The notes under the pieces were generated by a model that was not told the origin of the DNA, did no database searches, and saw only the letters and a list, made by a program, of their open reading frames with translations. From Candidatus Sumerlaeaceae bacterium (lineage in GTDB: Bacteria > Sumerlaeota > Sumerlaeia > Sumerlaeales > Sumerlaeaceae), in the NCBI GenBank assembly GCA_051003195.1, contig JBPCLP010000024.1, positions 32,001 through 96,000 on the forward strand: a DNA stretch of 64,000 bases. The letters are read 5' to 3'. This document shows, piece by piece, positions 9,941 to 18,680 of this stretch (position 1 is its first letter; each line of letters opens with the position of its first letter). The position numbers and the translations under genes were made by a program.

Positions 9941-11143
9941 TCACACGACTTGCAGTAGCACGCCTTCTACAGTCAGTCCCGGGCCAAAGGCGAGCGCTCC
10001 CAGCAAACCATTGCCTGCGTCGTGTTTCTTGCGCAATTCGCGCTGGAGCACGAACAGAATGGTGGCGCTGGACATGTTGCCGTAGTCGCGCAGAACAGCG
10101 GAGGACGACTCTACCGCATCCGGCGGAAGATCGAGTGCAAATTGGATTGCCTCGACAATGCGCGGACCCCCAGGGTGAACAGCCCAGTGTGTGATACTGC
10201 GCAACGGCACATGAGCGGTTGCAGCCAATTCCCGGCAGAACTCCGGTACCGCACGTTTCAGTTGGGCCGGTACCCCCGCATTTAGGCGCATAATAAAACC
10301 TGTGTCACCTATACGCCAGCTCATCTGATCCGTGGAATCGGAACACACCTCGCTGTGCGTACCCACGATGCGACACAGGGAACCCGCATCACTATCACGC
10401 ATTTCTGAACCATAAAGCGCTGCGGATGCTCCATCAGCGAAGAGGGCGTTTGCAACGAAAGTGTCCGGAGTCGAGTCCTTCTGAAAGTGCAGTGAAGACA
10501 GCTCGACCGCAATCTGCAGCACAACTGCGCGCGCGTTGGAACGCACGATATCGTCGGCAACGCGCATGCCGGAAATGCCTGCGTAGCAACCCATGAATCC
10601 CAGAATAGTGCGGGCTACCGTTGTGCGCAGGCCCAGCTCCCTCACCAACAGCACGTCCGGCCCGGGCGCGAAAAACCCCGTACACGAGCTGATAACTACA
10701 TGTGTGATTTCACGTGGATCTACATTCGCGGCTTGGATCGCGTTACGTGCCGCAGCCGCAGCAAGCCTTACGCTTTCTCGCTCGTATACGGCCATGCGCG
10801 CCCCAGTGGATGGAAAAGGTTCCAGGTCTGGGCTCGCGGGGAAAAAGCAATATTCGTGATGGGACAGACACAGGTAATCCGAAAGCACGCTGTGTCGCCG
10901 TTCGATGCCACTCTGTTTATAAATCCGGTGCAACAGGCCCAACATCGCCTTGTCTGTGTTCCCGGAACCAGCAAGCGCACGCTCCATAAAAGCACATGCC
11001 TGTTCCTGGCTTGCAGAATACTCGGGAACAGCCGTGCCAATTCCCAGCAGGCAAGTTGAAGCGGGCCGTCGTTCGGCGGCGCCTTGAGTTGAGTGAGCCG
11101 CACGATTGAAAACAGCGGTGCATACTGCTTGAGGCATTATCAT
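9941..11143 (-). CDS. Type III polyketide synthase (chalcone synthase-like)
   Basis: Catalytic Cys-His-Asn in GFMGCYAG, VHPGG and YGNMSS. Also LFADG and AFGPGLTVE. Confidence 0.95.
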   Translation of the reverse strand: MIMPQAVCTAVFNRAAHSTQGAAERRPASTCLLGIGTAVPEYSASQEQACAFMERALAGSGNTDKAMLGLLHRIYKQSGIERRHSVLSDYLCLSHHEYCFFPASPDLEPFPSTGARMAVYERESVRLAAAAARNAIQAANVDPREITHVVISSCTGFFAPGPDVLLVRELGLRTTVARTILGFMGCYAGISGMRVADDIVRSNARAVVLQIAVELSSLHFQKDSTPDTFVANALFADGASAALYGSEMRDSDAGSLCRIVGTHSEVCSDSTDQMSWRIGDTGFIMRLNAGVPAQLKRAVPEFCRELAATAHVPLRSITHWAVHPGGPRIVEAIQFALDLPPDAVESSSAVLRDYGNMSSATILFVLQRELRKKHDAGNGLLGALAFGPGLTVEGVLLQVV

Positions 11144-11316
11144 CCAAACGGGGTGGTGTCGAGCGAACTGCCGCCACCGCAGTTAACTTAAAAGACAGCC
11201 TACATGCTGCCTTGTGAAAAAGTCCGATCCAGTAAAGAGACAATTCATGCTGGACTGCATGCATGTAGCCTGCGAGCGAACATCAAGGATCTGAACGCCG
11301 CAATGCAGTTTCGCCA

Positions 11317-13212
11317 ATGAAAGACTCCACCAACATACGTCTGACGACACTTGTGTCGCAGCTGCAATTACTGGAGCGTGCGTACGTAAATTCCGGCATT
11401 AGCAGCTCCGGCGATAGTTCGGCGGATCCGCGAACCGCCACTTCCCGCGTTGCCATCGGGTTGCTCCCATTAATCCAATACGTGCAGGCGCTGTTGCGGA
11501 ATGTCGTTGGATCTACTTCGTTCCCTGCCCGGCGTCACCACGTCGCGGTATTCGGTGGGACACAGGTCGGAAAAAGCACGGTTATTAACCTGCTCGCAGG
11601 CTCGCACTCCGCACGTGTCTACCACACCGCAGGCTTTACACGACACGCGCAGGCATTTGTCGCCGACGGTCACGATTGCCAGAATGTGCTCGCCGGATTC
11701 TCCGGTGCATTTCCCGGATTCCAGTGCGTGGGTATTGAGGAGCTGTCGCTGGACCGGCCGCAGGAGTTTGCAGTTAGCCTGCTGAATGGTCCTTCGCAAA
11801 TTCCGCAAACCGTCTTCTGGGATACTCCAGATTGCGACGCAGTGGATGCGCACCGCTACCGAATCGGAATGCTGGAAGCCATCACAGTCGCGGATGTCGT
11901 TGTATACGTTACTTCCCGGGAAAAGTATGCGGTGAACGCAATTTTGGAATGGCTGCTCGTGCTTTTGCAGTCGGGCACTCCAGTGGTCGCATGCCTGAAC
12001 ATGACGCCGGAAGAGCAACAGCCGGAGCTTAAAACGGCCATGGCCGAGGCGCTGCATAAAGTAACCGAACGCCAAGGGGCGGCCGCACACAGTGTCACAG
12101 AACCGCTTGCGCCAATAGCGGCGCTGCCTTTTCTTAATAGAACCGAACTTGCGGCTCTCGTCGATTCAACAGACGAAACCATTCCGAAGCTGCGCGAATC
12201 AGTACAAAATAAGTTCAGCGAAGATCGTGATCAACGTCGAGCGCAAGCGTTGGAGTTCATGGAACAAATCGCTGATTACCTGGTGCAACCCGCCATCGAT
12301 CAGCTCCAGGCACGCGCTTCCTGGAATGCATCCGTAGATGCAGCGCTGGAAACGTTCGTATCGGATTATCGCAGCAGCTATCTCGACAACCCACACAGGT
12401 ACGATGCGTTCAACCGGGTAGGGCTCGAGATTCTCGCGCTCATGGATCCCCCGATCCCGGGGCTGCGAAAGGCGCTGTTTGTTGTCCGCACGGTACTCAG
12501 TCTTCCAGCTCGCGCGATCATCTACGGTTCCCGTGCCGTCTGGCGTTACTTCAGCAGCGGCGGCGCCTCGATGCGTAAGCAGCCAGTAGTGCCGAATGAG
12601 ATCGTCACATTCCACGGTGCGAATGACAGACTGCTGAATTCGCTCGCCGGCTTGCCGCAGCAGCGGCGAACATCTGGTGGTGTTCAGCCGTTCTGGGAAG
12701 CGTTGGCAAGTGGGTGGGCGCAAACGATGCCGACTATTCAAAAGGACTTTAAAACGAAGCTGGAGCAGCATCGTTTACGTACAGAGGAATGGGTACGTGA
12801 AACTGCGCAGGGCATTTATCAGGAACTTGCCCGGGATCCGGTAAAATTAAACTTGCTCCGAAGCGGCCGCATCGCCGCAGACGCGGGCGCGATTATTATT
12901 TCAATCCATACCGGAGGTCACGGCAATGTGCTGCACGATATCCTGGTAACCCCCGCGATGATGGCCCTGGTCCAGGCAATCAGCCAGCAGTTGGCGAGCA
13001 GCTACGTTGAGCAGAAGCGGCGCGAATTGCGTGAACGGTTGCTCGCTGACACCCGCATTTTCGCAGAAGATGTGTATGGCTCACCACTACGCAAGCTGGG
13101 TCAGAGCGCACTTCAGGAGGCGGGCTTCGGCGGAATGGAGCTACAAGAGCTAACGAAGTTGGGAGAGCGATTTCGCGAATTACGCAACGCTGGCAGAGCA
13201 GGTGTAATGTGA
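11317..13212 (+). CDS. Dynamin-like / Era-type GTPase, subunit 1
   Basis: G1 GGTQVGKS, G2 FTR, G3 DTPD and an atypical G4 LNMT, then a long helical C-terminal region. Confidence 0.75.
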   Translation: MKDSTNIRLTTLVSQLQLLERAYVNSGISSSGDSSADPRTATSRVAIGLLPLIQYVQALLRNVVGSTSFPARRHHVAVFGGTQVGKSTVINLLAGSHSARVYHTAGFTRHAQAFVADGHDCQNVLAGFSGAFPGFQCVGIEELSLDRPQEFAVSLLNGPSQIPQTVFWDTPDCDAVDAHRYRIGMLEAITVADVVVYVTSREKYAVNAILEWLLVLLQSGTPVVACLNMTPEEQQPELKTAMAEALHKVTERQGAAAHSVTEPLAPIAALPFLNRTELAALVDSTDETIPKLRESVQNKFSEDRDQRRAQALEFMEQIADYLVQPAIDQLQARASWNASVDAALETFVSDYRSSYLDNPHRYDAFNRVGLEILALMDPPIPGLRKALFVVRTVLSLPARAIIYGSRAVWRYFSSGGASMRKQPVVPNEIVTFHGANDRLLNSLAGLPQQRRTSGGVQPFWEALASGWAQTMPTIQKDFKTKLEQHRLRTEEWVRETAQGIYQELARDPVKLNLLRSGRIAADAGAIIISIHTGGHGNVLHDILVTPAMMALVQAISQQLASSYVEQKRRELRERLLADTRIFAEDVYGSPLRKLGQSALQEAGFGGMELQELTKLGERFRELRNAGRAGVM

Positions 13213-14999
13213 TCCCAACCAGGAATCACGGTTTACTGGCACGCGTTGAAAACTGGCGGGGTCAGCTGCTCCGGTTAGAGCTGTTGAATCCGGAGCCAAA
13301 TGTTGCCTTGCGCGAGGCCATCCAGGAGGCAACAGTAGCCCGGCTTGAAAATCCGCAGTCGCCCCTTCTGACGGTGCTTCTGCTGGGACCCACCGGCGCG
13401 GGGAAATCGGAGCTACTCAACGCGCTGGCGGGAGCACGAATTGCGCAGAGTCATTACCTGCGTCCGACAACTACTCGCCCAACCATCTATGCACATGCCA
13501 GCATCACCATCGAACAGCTGTCGCAATATGCTGAGCTGCTTGGCGAAATTGCTGCGCAGCCCGGTGCATTTGTAACGCATCAGCAGGATGCGCTGCGTGA
13601 AAAGATTCTTATCGATGCACCCGATATCGACAGCTTTCGAACGGAACATCGCGACACGCTCATGACGTTGCTACCGATTGTCGACGTCGCCCTTTATGTA
13701 GTGACTCCATTCAGCTACAAAGACAATCTCGGATGGGATACGGTCCTCAGGCAGCGGGGAAGGCGGGCGTTTGCATTTGTGATTAACAAGTGGGATGCCG
13801 AGGGCAAGCCCGACGCGCAACCGAGCGCCATACAGGCCGATGGCGACCTTGAGCAATTGCTGCAGCAAAGAACCGGTTATGCACAGCCGCGGCTGTTCCG
13901 AACCTCTGCACGCTTCTGGTTGACCAGGAAGCTGGGAGAGCAGGAGCCGCAGGCGGAGCCTCACGAAGGCGACCAGTTCCTGCAATTTGAGCAGTGGCTA
14001 TCCAGCGGGCTGGTGACGAGTCACATTGCACAAATTCACGAACGCCGCAGGCACGCGCTCTGGAATCAACTTGGCGCCGCAATCGCGGAGGCCACTCCGC
14101 CAGAGGTGCAGTGGAACAAGTGGAGGGCAGAAGTCAAAACCGTGCTGGAATCCTTACAGCATGATGGCCAGCGAGCGATGGCACCTTATATCGCAGCGCG
14201 CGCAAACGATGTGGCGGAAGTGCGCAAGCTCGCACGGCCGCGCAGCTTTGGGTTGCTGGGTGGCATAATGGCAGGATTGTCCTCGATCAGGCGTTTCCGA
14301 CCGCCGTCTGTTGCTACGACTGCGGGGTTGGCTCTATTACAATCAGAAGCAAGCAAGAGTGTTGCAACCATTGGCAACCAGTTGCAAAATCTGGCTGAAT
14401 TACGTTTGAGTGCGCTTGGCTGGGCTGCACGGAAGGAAAATCTGAGCGTCACCTCCGTGCAGAAAGCGTGGGCCGTCGCAATGTCGTCTTTGTCGAGCGA
14501 TATGGATAATGTATTTCAACTGGCCGCCGGCGCCGCTTTGTCACGGAAACTGGACGTGGGGCGAAAAGCGACGGCCTGGCTTATACTTGGCTGTCTGGAA
14601 CTCGCGGCAGTCGCGCTTATCGCTACTGCAGTCTGGCGCATCGCCAAAGGTTATTGGCAGGCGCAATATGTCGATCTGTCGTTTGCGGCAAGTTTCCTCG
14701 TTTTGTTCGTTTGCCTGGTGGGATTGGCCTTCGCAACGCGGGTACTTATTTTTCCCATGAGTTCCGGGCGTATCATGCGCGAGCTCGACAGGCCCTTGTA
14801 TTTGCGCTGGCGAGAGAAGATTCATAGCTTCGAGCAGACAGCCCGCGAATACATGCAGGACTATTCCGGTTTGCGAGCCGAAGGAATTGCGTTTGGCGAC
14901 ATTTGCACTCGGGAAGCGGAGCGCGCCGATGTGCCCCTGTCGCAAATAGAGGATGTGTCCACGCGAGAAGATGTGCGGCGTTTGTTCGCTACACGGTAA
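13209..14999 (+). CDS. Dynamin-like GTPase, subunit 2, with two C-terminal TM helices
   Basis: G1 GPTGAGKS, G2 PTT, G3 DAPD, G4 NKWD. GTGA overlap with the upstream gene, and two hydrophobic segments near the C-terminus. Confidence 0.8.
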   Translation: MIPTRNHGLLARVENWRGQLLRLELLNPEPNVALREAIQEATVARLENPQSPLLTVLLLGPTGAGKSELLNALAGARIAQSHYLRPTTTRPTIYAHASITIEQLSQYAELLGEIAAQPGAFVTHQQDALREKILIDAPDIDSFRTEHRDTLMTLLPIVDVALYVVTPFSYKDNLGWDTVLRQRGRRAFAFVINKWDAEGKPDAQPSAIQADGDLEQLLQQRTGYAQPRLFRTSARFWLTRKLGEQEPQAEPHEGDQFLQFEQWLSSGLVTSHIAQIHERRRHALWNQLGAAIAEATPPEVQWNKWRAEVKTVLESLQHDGQRAMAPYIAARANDVAEVRKLARPRSFGLLGGIMAGLSSIRRFRPPSVATTAGLALLQSEASKSVATIGNQLQNLAELRLSALGWAARKENLSVTSVQKAWAVAMSSLSSDMDNVFQLAAGAALSRKLDVGRKATAWLILGCLELAAVALIATAVWRIAKGYWQAQYVDLSFAASFLVLFVCLVGLAFATRVLIFPMSSGRIMRELDRPLYLRWREKIHSFEQTAREYMQDYSGLRAEGIAFGDICTREAERADVPLSQIEDVSTREDVRRLFATR

Positions 15000-15731
15000 C
15001 TACTGCTTGCGCGACAACCTTAGCAGCCACGGGCGAAGCACGGCCTCCCGAATCACGCTGCCGCTCATCTTGCTCTGGCCTTCGCGTCGCTCCGTATAGA
15101 TGATTGGTACCTCCACAATTCGGAGTCCCCGACGATAGAGAAAGAACAGGATTTCGAAAAGGAACGAATATCCGACTGAGTTGATGCGCGCATTCGACAG
15201 CGCTTCCACCGCGGGCCGCCTGTATGCGCGGAACCCGCTTGTTGCATCCTCCACTGGGATATTGAGGATCGTTTTCACGTAAATATTGGCGAAAAGACTC
15301 AGCAAGAGTCGCGATGGATGCCAGTTTAACACACGTACACCTTCGAAGTACCGCGACCCGATTGCGACATCTGCATCATTAAGTGCCTCAAATAGCAGCG
15401 GTAGAGCCGCCGGGTCGTGCGAGAAATCTGCGTCCAGTGTTGCGATGCGATCCGCGCCCAGCTCCAGTCCGTGTTTCAAGCCTTCAAGGACGGCACTGCC
15501 ATAGCCGGCTTTCTTTTCACGAATCAGGGGGAGCAGGTTTGGCTGAGATTTTGCAATTTCAGCCAGCATCGCAGGTGTGCCGTCGGGCGAATTGTCATCC
15601 ACGACAATTACGCGCGCGCCGGGCAATGTCGCAAGAAGCTGTGGCACCAGTTTCTGCAGGTTCGGTGCTTCGTTATATGTGGCCAGCACTACGCACGTAT
15701 TCTCGTACGCGGCATGTGGATGCGTGTTCAT
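15000..15731 (-). CDS. Polyprenol monophosphomannose synthase-like GT2
   Basis: ATYNEA, VVDDNSPDGT, DADFSHDP, DATSGFRAY and ERREGQSKM motifs. Confidence 0.9.
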   Translation of the reverse strand: MNTHPHAAYENTCVVLATYNEAPNLQKLVPQLLATLPGARVIVVDDNSPDGTPAMLAEIAKSQPNLLPLIREKKAGYGSAVLEGLKHGLELGADRIATLDADFSHDPAALPLLFEALNDADVAIGSRYFEGVRVLNWHPSRLLLSLFANIYVKTILNIPVEDATSGFRAYRRPAVEALSNARINSVGYSFLFEILFFLYRRGLRIVEVPIIYTERREGQSKMSGSVIREAVLRPWLLRLSRKQ

Positions 15732-15893
15732 GAGGTGATGGGTTCATTTCAAGCTCCAAGCCAGCGGGCAATGGGAAACTGCATTGGCCGCGGCACCGAA
15801 AACAGTTGCCAGGTACCAACGCCGCCGCACGAGTAGCGCGGTTCACCGGCGAACCGTGTCCGCAGGCGATCTAATCTTCGGGAGTTCGTAATT

Positions 15894-16718
15894 TTGATTT
15901 CGTCTATGCAGGCATTTGTTCTTGGCACTGTGCAGGGGCTGACCGAATTCCTACCCGTCAGCAGTTCCGCGCACCTGCGGCTTGTTCCCTGGGCCCTGCG
16001 CTGGGACATGCCACAAAATGAAATGGCGTTCGATGTAGCACTCCACATCGGCACCCTGCTCGCCATGTTGCTGTTTTTCTTTTTCGACTGGCTGTTAATT
16101 ATTGCATCGTATATCGGAGATGTGCGGCAGGGCAAATGGAAGGGAGGCCAGCAGGGCTCCCTGCTGCTAAAAATAGCATTGGCCTCCGTTCCGGCGGCTG
16201 TTGTCGGAAAGCTGTTTGAAGCGCGAATCGAAAATTTCTTCTATCGCGACCCGGAAAACATCTGGTGGCTGGCTGTTTCAATGGCTGCCTTTGGCTTGTT
16301 CCTCGTTCTAAGCGAGCGGTTTGGAAAACAGGAGCGCGAGGCTAACCAGGTGACCTATCCCGATGCTCTGATCATCGGGTGTTTCCAGGCGCTCGCGCTT
16401 ATCCCCGGCACATCGCGCAGCGGTGTCACAATACTGGCAGCGCTGCTGCTTGGGCTCACAAGACCTGCTGCGGCGCGGTTCTCGTTTCTCATGGCTCTTC
16501 CGATTACGTTTGGCGCCGTACTGCTGAAGGTTGGAGAACTGCGCGGAGTCGAGTCCTGGACGCCGCTGATCGTCGGAATCGTCAGTTCCGCCGTTGTCGG
16601 CGTCATCGCCATCAAAGGGTTGCTGCACTATGTTCAGCACCGATCGTATCTCGTTTTCGCTGTATACCGCTGGATAGTGGCCGCCGGCGTTATCGCGCTT
16701 TTCTTTTCGCGGAGATAG
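15894..16718 (+). CDS. uppP: Undecaprenyl-diphosphate phosphatase
   Basis: QGLTEFLPVSSSAHL, LHIGT and ALIPGTSRSG motifs. Confidence 0.95.
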   Translation: MISSMQAFVLGTVQGLTEFLPVSSSAHLRLVPWALRWDMPQNEMAFDVALHIGTLLAMLLFFFFDWLLIIASYIGDVRQGKWKGGQQGSLLLKIALASVPAAVVGKLFEARIENFFYRDPENIWWLAVSMAAFGLFLVLSERFGKQEREANQVTYPDALIIGCFQALALIPGTSRSGVTILAALLLGLTRPAAARFSFLMALPITFGAVLLKVGELRGVESWTPLIVGIVSSAVVGVIAIKGLLHYVQHRSYLVFAVYRWIVAAGVIALFFSRR

Positions 16719-16767
16719 CCCTTATTACTGGATTGTGGCGCAGCGCAGAGCAGACTGAGCGGATAAC

Positions 16768-18369
16768 GTGAGCCAGTTCCTTAACCGTATTGAACGCGAG
16801 ATGCGCCAACAGCACCGCACGCCCGCGCAGTTGTGGACGCGCAGAACTGTACTGGTGCTGCTGCTTATCCTCACCCCTGCGGTGGTGCTCGAGATTGTGC
16901 TTCGGGCTTTCGGTTTTTCGCGCCCGCAAGTGGATCCGAACATGCAGGCGAGGACCATCAGCGCATGTGTGGATGCGCTGAACAGTCGATTTGCCACCGA
17001 TGCATTCATCGATGATCCGCATCTACTCTGGAAGCTCAAGCCTGGAAGCAATCTTGGCGGCATGGAGGTGGCAGCTGACGGACTGCTGGGAAACGTCAGC
17101 GCAAACCCGCTTGACGTCACTCGCAGCCGAACCGCGCAGCGTGTTCTTTGCCTCGGCGATTCGATCACTGCCATGTCGTACCGTACTTATCCGTTTACCG
17201 CTCAACGCCTGGCTAACTCCGTGGCGCTGGCGCGAACTGTAGAAATTCGGAACGCTGCCGTGCCCGGCTATTCGACGGACCAGGCGCTGCGTTGGCTCGA
17301 TCGCCTTGGGAAATGGCGGCCGAATGTTGTACTGCTGTGCTTCGGATGGAACGATCAGTTCACCGCGCTTAATATTCCCGATCGCGAATTGGGCTACAGT
17401 AACGCCGCTGCGGCAGGCCTTCACCGTCTACTCGGTCGACTCCGCATTTACCAGCTCATTGCTGCACCGGTCGAAGCCAGGCTGCTGAAACAAGCACCCC
17501 ATCCCGCGACCGATGTGCGCGACACTTCGTCGGGTCAGCAACGCCGGGTATCGCCCGAGCAGTTTCAGGAGAACCTCACAGCACTCGCACAAAGGGTGCG
17601 AAGCCTGGGAGGGTTGCCGGTGCTGGTTACACAGCCGGAAAACCTTGGTGAGGCCAGTGAGCGAAACCTGGAGGCCCGCAACTTTGTTACTCCCGATACC
17701 GGGGCTGCTGTTCAGATCCATCACACGTATAACAACCTGGTGCGGCGAGTCGCCATCGATACGCATACTCCTCTGATGGATTTGGAGGAGGAATTCCTGC
17801 GGCGAAAGCGCGAGAACTATTTCGAGCCGGACGGCATGCACCTGACAGGTCGCGGGCATAACCACACAGCACGCCTGCTGCTCGCGCTGCTGCGCGACGA
17901 AGGCCGAATCACACCTGTTGAGTACGACGCCATTGCACAGGCGGAGCGGCACGATACGACCGCGCCGGACAAGCCTCGCGCCGCATGGTCAGTGGTACCA
18001 CCGCACCGCGATGCCTGGACAACGGAAACCCTGGACGTCGCCGTGGTTGCTCACAATGTAGGCAACACGCGCTGGTTGCGCGAGCATATCGTTCCACATT
18101 TTGGTAACCGCCGAAACGTTCCCTATGGAAGTGTGTCTGTCGTTGGTGTCTGGCGCACGGTAAATTCCCCCAACATGAAAACCGCGGTGCAGGCGCACCT
18201 TCCATCCGACATTCTGCCCGGTGAAACGACCAGCGTGACCTTAAGTATGGCGTCGCCGCCCCAGCCCGGCAGCTATGAGCTGGAAATCGGGCTGCGCGCC
18301 GATGCGATAGGAGAACTCAAACAATTCGGGGCGGAAACGACGACGTTCACCGTGACAACGCACCGGTAA
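16768..18369 (+). CDS. Membrane-anchored SGNH/GDSL hydrolase with C-terminal Ig-like (NBR1-like) domain
   Basis: N-terminal TM, LGDS, NAAVPGY, GWND and DGMH. C-terminal NVGNTRW...LPSDILPGETTSV...PGSYEL. Confidence 0.85.
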   Translation: MSQFLNRIEREMRQQHRTPAQLWTRRTVLVLLLILTPAVVLEIVLRAFGFSRPQVDPNMQARTISACVDALNSRFATDAFIDDPHLLWKLKPGSNLGGMEVAADGLLGNVSANPLDVTRSRTAQRVLCLGDSITAMSYRTYPFTAQRLANSVALARTVEIRNAAVPGYSTDQALRWLDRLGKWRPNVVLLCFGWNDQFTALNIPDRELGYSNAAAAGLHRLLGRLRIYQLIAAPVEARLLKQAPHPATDVRDTSSGQQRRVSPEQFQENLTALAQRVRSLGGLPVLVTQPENLGEASERNLEARNFVTPDTGAAVQIHHTYNNLVRRVAIDTHTPLMDLEEEFLRRKRENYFEPDGMHLTGRGHNHTARLLLALLRDEGRITPVEYDAIAQAERHDTTAPDKPRAAWSVVPPHRDAWTTETLDVAVVAHNVGNTRWLREHIVPHFGNRRNVPYGSVSVVGVWRTVNSPNMKTAVQAHLPSDILPGETTSVTLSMASPPQPGSYELEIGLRADAIGELKQFGAETTTFTVTTHR

Positions 18370-18385
18370 ACGAATGCTAAATAGG

Positions 18386-18474
18386 TGGTGCCGGAGACAG
18401 GACTTGAACCTGCACGTGGAGTGAACCACGCTAGACCCTGAATCTAGTGCGTCTGCCAATTCCGCCACTCCGGC
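18386..18474 (-). tRNA. tRNA-Leu (anticodon CAG)
   Basis: Reverse complement GCCGGAGTGGCGGAATTGGCAGACGCACTAGATTCAGGGTCTAGCGTGG...GCAGGTTCAAGTCCTGTCTCCGGCACCA. Has acceptor stem, CTAGA/TCTAG anticodon stem, long variable arm, TTC loop and encoded CCA. Confidence 0.97.
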
Positions 18475-18680
18475 ACTGATGCATGGCAAGCGCTTACTAC
18501 CAAGGCCGGTTGAGTTCATTCCGAGTTTTCGGGGAGCTTCGTTACACAGGCAGCTGGTTTGTCAGGCAGGGCGGCACTGACGCGTGCCGCAAGATCAACG
18601 CGGTATGAGACACCTGGCCCGTAATGTTTCTGTTTTCTACCTTGCACGGCTGCGAGCCCGGCTGCGTACTTGCAGGCCAC

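Noticed and set aside
18370..18680. Genomic island or prophage integrated at tRNA-Leu
   Set aside because: No integrase and no duplicated tRNA 3' end noticed in the window.
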